The notes below the pieces were generated by a model that worked only from the letters and a program-made list of their open reading frames with translations, had not been told where the DNA came from and did not search any database. A stretch of 64,000 nucleotides of DNA from Chiloscyllium plagiosum. Lineage: Eukaryota. The stretch covers positions 49,665,771 to 49,729,770 of the forward strand of contig NC_057719.1 of the NCBI RefSeq assembly GCF_004010195.1, read 5' to 3'. Positions within the stretch are counted from its first letter, which is position 1. Each line of letters starts with the position of its first letter. The position numbers and the translations under genes were made by a program. Below are positions 49,541 to 63,000 of the stretch, one piece after another.

Positions 49541-50999
49541 ACATATTGAGTCACAGAGTTTACCACATGGAATGAAGATCCTCAATCCATCGTGTCCATA
49601 CTGGTCCTCGAGCACCAATTGACTCAAACCAAATTTTCCAGCACTTGGCCTGTAGCCTTGTATGCTATGGTGTTTCATGGTTTTCATCTCATTACTTCCT
49701 AAATGATGTGAAGTTCTGACATCTACCACCCTTTCAGCCAGTGGGTCCCACATACCCACACTTATTCAGTGATACCATTTTTCGGAAATTCCCTCTTAAC
49801 CTCCTACCTCTCACCTTAAATCTGTGTCCCCAGGTATTGATCTACATTTTCTTATCTCCTTTCTCTGTTCCTCTCATAATCTTATACTGTCCAAATAGAA
49901 TGCTCTCTCTCTTCATAGCTTAAATACTTCAGCCCAGGGCAACATCCTGGTGAATGTCCCTTCCTATAATGTGGCAACCAAAATTGCACACAATACTCCA
50001 GCTGTAACTTAACTAAAGTCTTACACAGCTCCATCAAAACCTCTCTGCTCATGTATTCAGCACCTCAACTAATAAAGGCAAGTGCCCCATTTGCTTTCTT
50101 AACAAATTTAGCTACCTGTCCTTCTGCCTTCAAGGATCTACAAGCATACCACACCAATGTCCCTCTGATCCTCTGTACCCACTGGGGTCCGATTATTCAT
50201 CATGTTTTCCTTTGCCTTGTTAGTTTTCCAAAAAGTAGATCACCTCATGCTTTTCAAGATTACATTCCACTTCTCACTGTTTGTTCATTTGACCAGCCCA
50301 TCTATATTATCCTGTCATCTAAGGCATTCTTCCTCACTATTTTCCACACTATCAACTTACATGTCATCTGCAAACTTATTGATCAAATCTCTTGTCCGAT
50401 CACTCATGGACACTAAATAGCAAGGAACTCAGCACCAAACCTTGACATATGTCCGGCTGCCAATCATAAGCACAACCTTTGACAATTGCCCTCCATCTTC
50501 TCCCACTAAGCCAGTTTTGAATCCAATTTGCCAAACTGCCCTGAATCCCATGGCCTCTTAATTTCTTCATCAGACAACTGTACAAGACCTGTCAAAAGTT
50601 TTACTGAGGTCCATACAGACCACATCAACTGCACTATGCCCATTGACACAAATCTGTCATGCATGGACTCCCCTGGCAGAGCCATGCTGACTATCCTTGA
50701 TTAATCTTTGCCTTTCTAAATGGAGATTAATTCTGTTCCTCAGATTGTTTTTTCCAAATGTTTCCCTACTACCGATGCTATACTCATGGCCTACAGTTCC
50801 CTGGTTTCTCACCACCTCTCTCCTTGAATAATATTCCGATATAATCTGTCCTTTAGCCCTTTGTTACTTCTCCTGCGGCCTGAGAGGATTTCAAAATTAA
50901 ATTCAGGGCCCAGCAATCTCCTCCCTTGCCTCCTAAAGCAGCCTGGGATATACCTCATCAGGGCCTGCAGAGTTAACCAATTTTAAGTCTACTAATATG

Positions 51000-51352
51000 G
51001 CACGGTGGCACAGGTGGGCAGCACGGTGGCACAGGTGGGCGGCACGGTGGCACAGTGGTTAGCACTGCTGCCTCACAGCACCGGAGACCCAGGTTCAATT
51101 CCTGCCTCAGGCGACTGACTGTGTGGAGTTTGCACATTCTCCCCGTGTCTGCATGGGTTTCCTCCGGGTGCTCCGGTTTCCTCCCACAGTCCAAAGATGT
51201 GCAGGTCAGGTGAATTGGCCATGCTAAATTGCCCACAGTGTTAGGTAAGGGGTAAATGTAGGGGTATGGGTGGGTTTCACTTCGGCGGGGCAGTGTGGAC
51301 TTGTTGGGCCGATGGGCCTGTTTCCACACTGTAATGTAATCTAATCTAATCT
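51000..51352 (+). mobile_element. Full-length young HE1-like V-SINE with triplicated 5' end
   Basis: A-box TGGCACAGTGG, B-box GGTTCAATTCC, V-domain gtgtggagtttgcacattctccccgtgtctgc, CR1-like tail and (TAATC)n. Confidence 0.92.
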
Positions 51353-51388
51353 ACCTCCTGATTTTAATACCAGTTTGTTCAAGTGCAT

Positions 51389-52321
51389 TGTTATGTTAAA
51401 TGTGTGATATATAATATATATATATAAAAAACAGAATTTGTCGTAAGTTTGAATTTTTGGTTAGAGTTAGTAACATGTGTTTTCTCTGTGTATGAAATTA
51501 GCAATTAACTTGCAAATATTTCTGTGGCCATGATAATTTCTTTTAAAACAACTGTTGAGACCTAGCTTTAGAATTGATTTATTTGTGTGCATACTGGTAG
51601 GGTTTTACATCCAAACAAGATAAATAAACCCCATTTAGAAGGTCACAATAAGTTTTTTTTAAGCTTAAGGGAATCATCCACATGTTTGACAGAGATTTTG
51701 TTTGTTTTAATTTTACTTCGAGTTTTGAGCAGTCCTGTGAAGTCATTGGTTGGAGAGACAGTGTAGACCAGTGCTCCTGAGAAGAAAAGAATATAGTGAA
51801 ATAAGATTACTTTAGAGTAATGAATAAATTACTTTAATGATAAACTCTGAAGAGGTTACTTAAAGATAAGCATGTTTAAACTCAGGAAGACGCTATCTGT
51901 AATCCCAACATGTAAATTAAGTCACAAATGACTTAAACCAACCAAGGTGTTAGAGACAGGGACGCTGCTGTGAGTATTGTATGAGTAGTGTTTTTAGGTG
52001 CTGTACCAGGGATGTCTGACAAACGCTGTTTTTTTTCTTTTCAATTTATAAAGGAGTGTATTAGGATTATAGGATTAATGGGATTATACTTCTACTGTGT
52101 GTATAAAAATCTTTGAATTTGTGCTATAACTAGTTTGTTTAATTTATTCTATTTTATCTTCATTTCCCCTATTAATAAACTTGTGTTTCATTGTTAAAGC
52201 AAAATCTTTCAGTGAGAGACCATATTGTTAAAACTAAAACAAATCAAAATATGATCTTTCAAGTCAGGTTTCAGTTGAGGATCTGTTATGTCCAGCAATA
52301 ACATCAGTTGGAATCATAACA
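51389..52321 (+). mobile_element. Solo-LTR-like element
   Basis: Perfect terminal inverted TGTTATG...CATAACA and AATAAA at ~52174. Interrupts a CR1. Confidence 0.6.
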
Positions 52322-52689
52322 ATATCACAGTCTCTTCCCTGATTTCTACACATTTACTATTAAGATGGAGAATAAATATAAATGAAAATTACTCATTAAA
52401 ACATCTCCTGCATCTTCCGGCTCCACACATAAGATTGCCACTTCTGTGCCCTTTGGGCCTTACTTTTTCCCTGTTATCCTCTTGCCCCTAACCTATTTAT
52501 AAAACATCCCTAACATTCTTTAAATATGCTCTTTCATAAGGACTGCCTGCATATACCTCTCTTACATTATCCATTCCACCCCTGCTTCAACTCAACTGCT
52601 TCTGATATCCTTAATTAATGATTAAGTACTTGTGAGCTCCAGAACAAATCTCCAATGATTTCCTGGTGGGTCTCTGAGCTTTCACCCTT

Positions 52690-53165
52690 CATAAACATGA
52701 GCTTATCTAAAGGTCTACTGCCCACATCTTGACTCTCACAAAATCCAATTCACCCATCAGCTCTATGTTTGCTGACTTACAATGGCTCAATTCAGCAATC
52801 CTTGTTTTCAACGTACTCCATGTTCTCGCCTCTTTTCTATTACTGTAACCTCTTTCAGTCTTGCAGACCTCCAAGAGTTCTTTGCTCTTCTTATTTGGTG
52901 CTGTTGTACGGTCAGACTTCATCTGTGCCTTCAGCAGTCAATATCTTAAGAACTGGAACTCTTTCCTTAAAACCTTTGTGTTTCTCTATTCTTCTTATCT
53001 CTTTAAGCTTGATCCTTAAAACCTACCTCTTTGACCACATTATTGACTGCCTGTCCTAATACCTATTCCTTTTTGTGATTTGATGTCAAATTGTGTTTGA
53101 TCATGTTTCTTTGAAGGATCTTGCATGATCTTACCATGTTAGAATTGCTATTTAATTGCTATTTT
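52690..53165 (+). mobile_element. L2 LINE 3' end
   Basis: HPITxxLADLHWL-like remnant, cttaaaacctacctctttgacc and an L2-like 3' tail. Confidence 0.65.
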
Positions 53166-53370
53166 AATTGTCATTATTGTTGTCATTATGACTGAATATG
53201 CTGCAATCTGCAATTATTGTTGATAACACGAGAAAGGGAATTGCCGGCTAGGAACAATGTGCTGAAAATGCTGCATTAACTATCTTCATTAACAAACCTA
53301 GCAACATATCATTCTGAATTGCATAATATCTTTTAATGCTTTATCTGTCAAAAAGAGAAGGAATCAGTAC

Positions 53371-53668
53371 CTAATTTTTTTAATTAGTGTCTGTTTTTCT
53401 TGTGCTGAAGCCAAGTGTCCCGAGTAGTACACAGGGAAAAACATTATGTTCCAATTTGTAGAGAACCAGGTCATAAAAAAAGGACAATGGAAGTTCTTGT
53501 ATGTAACTTTGACAATCTGTGTAGTACCAACCCAGGAGGATGATACAGAAAGAATGACCAGAAACCCCCAGAAAATCTTGAAAAATGCAGAGGTGCATGT
53601 TTGACAGCGTGTCTTAACATTATTATCCGGGTTAATATTTTCGGTCCGATTCTCTGAAGCTTCTTCTC
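53371..53668 (-). CDS. SLC35F4: SLC35F4 coding exon, most 5' exon found in window (298 nt)
   Basis: Minus strand: tttatttcccag|GA GAA GAA GCT...AAA ATT AG|gtactg. Translates EEASENRTENINPDNNVKTRCQTCTSAFFKIFWGFLVILSVSSSWVGTTQIVKVTYKNFHCPFFMTWFSTNWNIMFFPVYYSGHLASAQEKQTLIKKIR, typical of SLC35F3/F4. Not in ORF track in this frame. Confidence 0.93.
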
Positions 53669-53874
53669 CTGGGAAATAAAAAGAAACCGTTTAAAACACA
53701 AAATAAAACACTCGATCCACTGCAAATCCTGACAGTAACGATTGCTTTGAATCCTTCTACTCTGCTTTAAACAGAGAAATAAAACTTAAGAATATTGGAA
53801 CAGGAGAAGATAATTCAGCTCAAGGAAATTCCTCAGCCCTATTTGTTAGCCACAGCCAATATCCCTTCTCACAA

Positions 53875-54056
53875 AAATCTCAGTAGGTCTAGCGGCATCT
53901 GTGGGAAGAAAGCAGAGTTGACATTTCAAGTCCTCTGTTCTAATGACGAGGCGCCAGGCTCGAATTCTGCTTTCTTCTCACAGTCCTGCTGAGATTTTCC
54001 AGCAATGTCTGTTTTTGTTTCAGGTCTCCAGCATCCACAGTTTTTTGTTTTATTTC
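53875..54056. mobile_element. Short PLE-derived element with inverted ends, decayed
   Basis: ctgtgggaagaaagcagagtt inverts to aattctgctttcttctcacag. Tail ccagcatccacagttttttg resembles the other PLE tails. Similar remnants at ~16795-16885 and ~57195-57325. Confidence 0.5.
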
Positions 54057-54336
54057 AATATTCACTCTAAGCTGCACAGGTGCGCAGTCATGCAGCAGTC
54101 TGAAATGCACTGCGATGAACACGTTTCCCAAACTATGATTGCCCCGAAAATGGATGTGTGCATGGTCAAATAACAACCGAGTGTACTTGCAGTTCATTTA
54201 AACATATACGAAATAGGAGCAGAAGCTGACCATTTAGCCCCTTGAGCCTGTTCCGCTATTCAATGATATCATGGCTGATCTGCCTATGTTCCGAATTTCA
54301 TGTTCCCATTTATGCCGTCAACCCTCATTTCCTCAG

Positions 54337-55993
54337 TATGGCAAGGAGTCACTGAAACAACTACGCAGTGATATCAACGAATTTCATCGCACCATCAGAC
54401 TTACCATGGACTAATCTTTAGTATCTGTTTCATCCTTAGACACATGCATCTCCAGCAAGGATGGACATCTCAGCCCCTCACTGTACCGCAAATGCACAGA
54501 TAACCTAACAATGCTATACGTCTCTAGCTTCTACCCGAAACATATTAAAACAGCCATCCCCTAAGGACAAGCCGTATGCATATACAGGATCTGTTCAGAT
54601 GAGGAGGAACATGATGGACACCTGAAAGTGCTCAAAGATGCCCACATAAGAACAGGGTATGATGCTCAACTCATCAACCGCTAGTTCCGACGTGCCACAG
54701 CAAGAAACCGCAATGACCTCCTCAAGAGATAAACACAAGCTGCAACCGATAGGATACCCTTCGTTGTCCAGTACTTCCCGGGAGCTGAAAGACTACGCCA
54801 TGTTCTTCGTAGCCTGCAACACATTATCGATGAGGATGAGCACCTTGCCAAAACCTTCCTCATACCTCCATGTCTTGCCTTTAAACAACCACCAAACCTC
54901 AAACAGACCATTGTTCACGGCAAACTGCCTGGCTTTCAGGACAACATAGACCACGACACTGTACAACCCTGTCATAGCACTGCTGTAAGATGTGTCAGAG
55001 TGTCGATATGGATACCACCATTATACGTGGGGACATCTCCCACCATGGTACTCATGTAACTCGGCCAACGTTGTCTATCTCATTCGCTGCAGGCAAGGAT
55101 GCCCTGAGGCATGGTACATTGGTGAAACCGAGCAGAGGCTAGGGGAATGGATGAATGGACACCACGCAACGATCACCAGACAGGAATGTTCTGTCCCAGT
55201 CGGATAACACTTTAGCAGTCTGGGACATTCGGCTTCGGCCCTTGGGTGAACGTCCTCCAAGGTGGACTTCAGGACAGGCAACAACGCAACATGGCCGAGC
55301 AGAGGCTGATAGCCATGTTTGGTACCCTTGGGGATGGCCTCAACCGGGGCCTTGGTTCATGTCACACTACAGGTATACACACACACATGCACACATACAC
55401 ATACTTGACCAAGGTTACACACACATTCACACACTCTCTTACTTGCACTCACACCCACATGCACACACTCACATACACATGTCTCTCCTGCATGCGCACA
55501 CATATAAATTTAAGGGGTGGATCTGTGGTTGCAGAGTTAAATTTTATTTTGCTCAAAAACTGCATAAATCCATGTAGGATTCTGAATGTCCCACTTTAGA
55601 AATAAAACTGACTCAACGTTGGGACAGACTTTAAGTTCACACCTTTAATACATTATGTGAGCTAAGATGATACCTATTGTTAGATAAACTGAAGCCACCT
55701 TGAGAATGTAACTTAAAAAGTTTTCAAATTTACATATTGAAGAACCTAAACCAGCATATGCCATCCTAAAAGATACAAGACTTAATTTAAGTTTGTTTAA
55801 TATATCATTACAACTCGATGACACTTTAACTCTTTTGCTATAAATTCTGTGTCTTTTGGTCCTGCTTCACAACCACTTGTTGAAAAGTCAGCTCCTCAAA
55901 AGCTAGTGCTTCCAAACAAACCTGCTGGATTATAACCTGGTGTTGTGTGATTTTTAACTTTGTCCACGCCAGTTCAACATCGGCACCTCCAAA
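54337..55993 (+). mobile_element. Penelope-like element 3' half (RT thumb, GIY-YIG, CA-rich spacer, pseudo-LTR), inserted in a minus-strand CR1 (54210-54336, 55994-57180)
   Basis: FHRTIRLTMD..., SLYRK, TAIP*GQ, ICSDEE, YSCNSANVVYLIRCRQGCPEAWYIGETEQRL. Decayed hammerhead cac TTGTTGA...AAAA GC TA gtg at 55874-55908. Confidence 0.88.
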
Positions 55994-58150
55994 ACCTCTC
56001 TACCACTGTCTTACCAGTATTTAATGATTCCCAGTTCTACCACCTTCTGAGGCAGAGAATTGTGAAGTCACACAGCACTCTGAGAGGAAAAATGTGTCCT
56101 CATCTCTGTCCTAATTTTAAACCCCCATTTCAGATCTGACCCACAAGAGGAAAATTTCTTTCCATGTATACCTTGTCAAGAGCATTCAAGATCTGAAACA
56201 CTTCAATCAAATGATCTCTCACCCTTCTAAACTCCAGTGAAAGCAAGCCCAGCCTGTCCCACATATCTTCATAATACAATCACTTACTTCATATATCAAT
56301 TCAGTAAATCTTCCCTGAAAATTCTTCATTGAATAAAGAGCCCAAAACTGCAAACAGTACTCAAGATGTGGTCTCATCAATACACCATATAATTAAAGCA
56401 CAACATTCTTTCTTTTGAGTTAAATTCCAATTAACCTTCTTGATTACATGCTGTAATTGATTTTTCATAATTACAATGAGTTCTAAGCACAAAACTATAA
56501 TCTTTTTAATGATCAATTCTCTCACTTTTTTCCACAACAGACATCAAGCTAAGTGGCCTATACCTGCCACTTTTCTCTCTTCTTGAATGGAGTGATAATA
56601 TTTACTATTTGAGTCTAATAGAATTGTTTCTGAAATAAGGGAGTTTTGGAAAATTAATGCTAATGCATCTAGCAGCTCATTAATCATCTCTTTTAATACC
56701 TAGGATGAAGCCAGTCAGGATCCTGAGTCCTGTCAGCCTACAGTTCCATCAGTTTGTTCAGTAACATTTCCCTCCTGACAGTAATTTCTATCAGTTCCTC
56801 TCTCCGTTCCACCTCCTCATTTACTGCTATTACTGGAATGAATTTTATATCCCCAATAGTAAACAAAAGATGTGTTCATTTCATCCACAATCTCATTATC
56901 TATTATTAATTCCCCATTCTCACTCTGTGGAAGACCAACACTCATGTTATTTATACTTTTTTTTCCTTAAATCGTAACTCTTCTTATCCATTTTACAGTT
57001 CTGACTAGCTTTCTTTCACACTCTTAATTTCATCCTCCTGATTAATCATTTTTGTCATTCTCCATTGTCCTTTATTTTTTAACGAATCATCTGACCTGCC
57101 ACTCATTTTTATTTTGTAATATGCTTCCTCCTTAAATTGAATGCTTTCCTTAACCTCTTTAGTTAACCTCAGATTCTGGGCCCTGCAGTACAGTTCTGCA
57201 GAAGAGAGTCATACCAGATTCAAAATTCTGTTTCTCTCTCCACAGATGCTCTACATTTGATGAGCTTCTCCAGCATTCTCTGTGTTTGTTTCAGATTTTC
57301 AACATCTGCAATATTTTGCTTTTATTTGAGCAATAAATGTTACAGTTCAATTGCCTTTATCGGAACTGCTGCTGAATATTTCCAGCCTTTCCTGTTTTTG
57401 TTCCAAATTTCCAAAATCTGCAAAATTTTGCTTTTGTATCAGTTAAACAACAGTTTTTCATGATGTTATAAATGTGATAAATAGAATAAATTGAAATATC
57501 TAGGGCTATTTGAGTTGCTCAATGCAAGCCTCTCAAGCTAACAGCATAAGAAATTAATAGATTATCTTGATGTTAAATGCCTTCAACTATATTTCTAATG
57601 TACATGCTTCCTGTTCAGGCATTCCTGGGCACTGTTTTCAGAAATATCAGCTCTTACATTTCTTAGCTGCTTACTGCAAAATAGAATATGATTTATTTTT
57701 CAAATAGCATAATTGCCTTTTCCATCTTGGGCTTTGGGGAATGAATTCCACAGTCTCACAACTCTTTAGGGAAGTGTTTTGCTGAATTTGCTTTTAACTA
57801 CCTCCACTGATTACCAGGGTTAAATCCACTTGCTTTGGATTTCCATAAATGTAGAGGAGAGTCTACTCTGACAATGCCATTCATTATTTTGAACATCTCC
57901 TTCAGATTTATCCTTAATCTCCCCATTGCATGGAATGGAAAATACTTTCAGCCAATGCCTTATCATCCTCAGTTCCTGCATTTAATTATCATCCTGTTGA
58001 ACCATTGCTGAATTTTTCCCTAGGCAGAACACCTTGCCTTGTGTACTGAAGCAACAGCCTTCAGCAACACAGTTATAGAAACAAATATAGCAGAAAATTA
58101 TATTGTATTGCAGTGTATCAGTGTCAAACAGCATAGGAAATTAATGCAGT

Positions 58151-59146
58151 GAGTATGATCCCTGCTGATATTATTATTAGACAAATTAGATCCTAGTCTG
58201 AAATCTAAATTAATTGATTTTGTTTCAATTAACAAGGTAGACTTTTACTGGAAATATAAACTCTCAATGCTGCAGATTTGGCTTTAACATTAAAACAGAA
58301 GTTTATTACACAAAATAAATGCAGATAAAATAGAATAAGCCAAACTATTTACATATAACATATGTTGAAAGATTTCAAAACACATGGTGAAGATATAATC
58401 CTATTTATCCCAACACCATCACTTTAAAGTAAGCAAACCGACGGTGAGTTTTCTTCTCTATCGCATCTAAAGATTTGACTTAACCATTTCTTCCAATTCC
58501 CCTTCTTGAGATGTTTTTCCTTAATAATTCGTACAATTGAATTTAGACTTTTGTAGTTTCAAATAACCCCTTCAGGGTTATAATAAAATACTTCCAGTCT
58601 GGAACTTTCAAACTAAAATCACCACAATAATGTAACCTAATTCCTAATTGTTCCTTTCTTGAGGAGAAATTGTTCTTACATCGAACTTCAACCAGAACAT
58701 CTACAAAACAAAACCAAAAGCTTTTCGATGTTATTAATTAAAATAATCAATTCCTGATTCTTCTAAATCAAAAGCAAGCTAAGGATTTTCAGTGTTTACT
58801 TTGTTTGACCATAAAACTCCCACAACACAATTAAATCCCCATTATTACCACAAGAACTCTCAATCTCAAACTAATTTTTAAAAATATGGCTCTAGAAAGA
58901 ACGACAAGTTAATCATTACCCCTCATAAATACAAACCAAAACCCACATGCCACTAGATCAAAACACAAACTCTGAAGTAAATAATATTAATCTACATATA
59001 CACACATACATACACACACACATATATATATATAATACACACACACATATTAATGAATCTAGAATCTGAAGAAAACACACCTCAGAGGAGTATTTTCAAT
59101 CTTTATACATTAGGTGAGGAACTTCACTCTCAGAGAACACATAACA
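58151..59146 (-). mobile_element. Solo-LTR-like element related to 51389-52321
   Basis: 58153-58215 is inversely similar to 52255-52321. Ends ...CATAACA. Contains a (TA/CA)n microsatellite at 58995-59050. Confidence 0.5.
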
Positions 59147-60069
59147 TAAATTTGACATTGGATTTACATGACTTCCAACTATTAATTTAAACCTTTAGAG
59201 AGTCATGCACAGCAAATCTTTGAGATGCACATTTGACAGAAGAAAACAACTTGCAAGTATTCAATGCAAAATCAGAAAGTCATTCATTTGTTATAAAAGT
59301 AATGATTAAACACATCTTTTAAACAGGAAACTATCAAACACTAGAAAACCAAATCATCACTTAGAAGATTAAAAACCTCACCTACCTAAAGTGCAAATTA
59401 AACAATGAAACTGACATATTAAACTATGTACTGCAGCACCAATGTTGTTAGTTCAGTGCATTTTATAATCCATCTATTTTAAGAGACCCTATTCCATGTT
59501 GGCAAGTGATATTAATGAGGAAGCTGGTGAAAAATCTTTGTAGATTCAGCATGAGACTACTTACAAGATTACATTAACATAAGAGAGCTAATGAGACTCT
59601 TGCATGCTCCAAAATAAAGCTTTTTATAAACCGAAAATGACTTTTGCCAATCTGGCACTGAAAGCAAAATTCAGAAAGTGCATTCTCTGAATTCACAGAA
59701 TACATTCCTACTGGAGCCACGTCAGAGCATAAATCTCGAATATCATTACCAATCTCTTCTCACCTATCCAAAACATCATCATCCACTTTTTATAGATGCT
59801 TGCTGACCTGTTCTGAGCACTTTCTTAGAATTCCAGATTTATCGTACTTTACCATAATTTACTGCCCAAGTGACCAAGAGATGCTACACCATGTCCAAGT
59901 GTATTGCTTTTGTAATTTCAAATATAATTTAATGACATTCCTCGTCTCTTCATTCCTTCCTTTTTATGCTTTTCTTTGCCTCTAAACAACTTCACGCAGA
60001 ACCACCTCACAACCACCTTCGTGCTTTCAGTTGTGAAATGGAATATAAAACTATGGACTTAATAAGACA

Positions 60070-63000
60070 AACAATGGCCTAGTGGTATTATCGCCAGATT
60101 ATTAATTCTAAAACCCGGATAATGTTCTGGAGACCCAGATTTGAATCCTGTGATCACAGATGGTGAAATTTTAATTCCAGAAATAATTGAAACCAACCGT
60201 GAAACTTCTGACAATTGTCAGGTAAACCCATCTGGCTCACTATAATGTCCTTCAGGGAAGGAAATCTGTCATCCTCATCTGGTCTGGCCTACATGTGACT
60301 CCAGATCTACAGCAATGTGGTAGATTCTGAACTGCCCTCTGAAATGGATTAGCAAGGCTGACCCAGCTAGTCACTCAATTGTATGAATCGCTAGGAAGTC
60401 TTAAAAAAGAAATGAAACTGGACTGATCACATGGCAACAACCTAGATACTGGAAGTAATATTGGCAAAAATAGCCCTGTCAACCCTGAAAAGTCCACTTT
60501 ACTAACATCTGGGGACTCGTGCCAAATTGGAAGTGCTATCTCACAGACTAGTCAAGCAACAGCCTAACACAGTCCTACTCGGAATGATACCTTACAGCAA
60601 TGTCCCAGATACCATCATCACTATCCCTGAATATGTTCTATCCTATGGACAGGACAGAACCAGCAGAGGTGGTAGCACAGTGGTACACAGACAGGAGGGA
60701 GTTGTACTGGGAGTTCCTCAACATTGACTCCAGACACCATGCAGTCTTGTGGTTTCAAGTTAAACATGCTCAAGTACCCTCCAGCTGATTACTACATACC
60801 ATCTTCCCTTGGATGACGAATCGGTACTCCTCCATGGTGAACAATACTTGGTAGAAGCATTGAGTGTGGCAAAGGAACACAATGTACTCTGGGGTGGGGT
60901 TTTTAATGTCTCCCACCAAGACTGGCTTGGCAGCAGCAACACTGATAAAGCTGGTTGGATCCTAAAGGACGTAACTGCTAGACTAGATCTGCGGCAGGGG
61001 CTAAAGAAACCAACAAGAGGGAAAACCATACTTGACCTCCTCCTCACCATTTTCCTTGCCGCAGGTGTCAGTATCAGTAACAGGGACTACTAGGGAGACA
61101 AAGTCCTGCCTTCACATTGAGAATACCTTACAGTACACTGTGTGGCAGGATCACCTTGATCACTAGGGGAATCAAGGGTTTCAGGGAAAGGACAGAAAAA
61201 TGGATGAAAGGAGTATCAGATCAGGGAGGATCGTATTACATGGTGGAGCAGGATTAAGAGTTGATTATTCCTATTCGTTATGGATCTTATAGTTAAAATG
61301 GAACAGACTTAGGAAAGATCCAACAAAAGAATAAACTAGGCATTTACGAGGTACTTTCAGCCATCAACAGCACAGAACTGTACTCCAGTACATTCTGTAA
61401 CTTCATGACCCAGCATATCCCCAACTCAACCATTACCATCAAGCCAGGGGATATACCCTGGTTCAATGGAGAGTGCAGGAAGGCATATCAAGATCAGTAC
61501 CAGTCGTACCTAAAAATTAGGTGTCAACCTGGTGAAGCTACTAAACATGACTGCTTGCATGCCAATTAACATAAGCAGCAAGTGATTGACAGAGCTAAGC
61601 AATCCTACAGCCAACGGATCAGATCTAAGCTCTGCAATACTGACACCTCCAACAGTGAATGACAGTGGACAATAAAACAACTCACTAGAGAGGAAGGCTC
61701 TACAAATATCCCCATCCTCAATCACGGGGGAGCCCAGCTCTTCAGTCAAAAGATAAGGCTGAAGCTTTCGCAGAAACTTCAGCCAGAAGTGCTGAGTGGA
61801 TGATCCAACTCAGACTCAGACTCAGTCTCCAGCATCATAGATACCTGTATCCAATCAATTCGATTCACTCCAACTAATATCAGGGAACAATTGGAGGCAC
61901 TGGATACTGTAAAAGTGTTAGGGAATAAATCTTGTGCCATATAATTTATGACAAAATCATTGGGACCCAACAAAAGGCTATGGGCCCTGACAACATTCCA
62001 GTGAAAGTACTGAAGGTTTGTGCTCCAGAACTTGCCACTAGCAAAACTGTTCCAGTACAATTACAACACTGACATCTGCCTGACAATGTGGAAAATTGCT
62101 CAGGCATATCTTATAAAATAAGAACTGGTCAAATCCAAATAGGCCAATTACTAGCCTATCATTCTCCTCTTGATCATCAGTAAAGTGATGCATGGTGTCA
62201 TCAATAGTGCTATCAAGCAGCAACTGCTCAGCAATAACCTGCTCAGTGACGTCCAGTTTGAGTTCCAGCACGGCCACTCAGCTCCTAACCTCATTCCAGT
62301 CTAGGTTCAAAAGTGGACAAAAAAGCTGAATTCCAGAGGGTGATCAAGTGTGGCATCAGAAGTCCGAGCACAATCGGAATCAATGGGTATCAAAGGGGCT
62401 AACTCTGATGATTGGAGTCATACCTGACACATAGGAAGCTGATTGTGATTACTGGAGGTCAGTCGTCTAGCTCCAGCGCACCTCTGCAAGAGTTCCTCAG
62501 GGCCATGTCCTAGGCCCAACCACCTTCATCTCCTTCATCAATGACTTTCCCTCCATGATAAGGTCAGAAGTAGAGATCTTTGTTGACAATGCTTGGCACC
62601 ATTCACAACTCCTCAACTATTGAAGCAGTCCATGTTCAAGTGCAACAAGATGGGGACAATATCCAGGCTTGGCTGATAAGCAGCAAGTAACATTTTCATT
62701 ACACAAATGCCATGTAAAGACGTATTCCAACAAGAGACAATCTAGCCATTATCCCTTGACATTCAATGGAGTTACTATCATTGAAACCTGCAATATCTAC
62801 ATCCTGGTGTTACCAATAACCAGAAATTCAGCTGGACTCATCATATAAATACAATGTCTACAAGAGCAAGCCAGAGGTTAGAAATACTCCAACAAGTAAC
62901 TTACTGTCCGACTCCGCAGAGGTTGTCCACCATCTACAAGGCACAAATCAAGAGTATGATATAAAACTGCCCACTTGTCTGGATGGATGCAGTTCCAACA

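Larger units (their letters stand above)
49580..52520 (-). mobile_element. CR1 3' portion, interrupted by a SINE (51000-51352) and an LTR-like element (51389-52321)
   Basis: LMKKLRGHGIQGSLANWIQNWLSGRR on the minus strand. CR1 tail near 49585. The sequence resumes after 52321. Confidence 0.8.

Noticed and set aside
51042..51110. tRNA-like A/B boxes, also at 60075-60148, 36200-36270 and 5575-5630
   Set aside because: SINE or LINE heads without a complete cloverleaf, so not tRNA genes.
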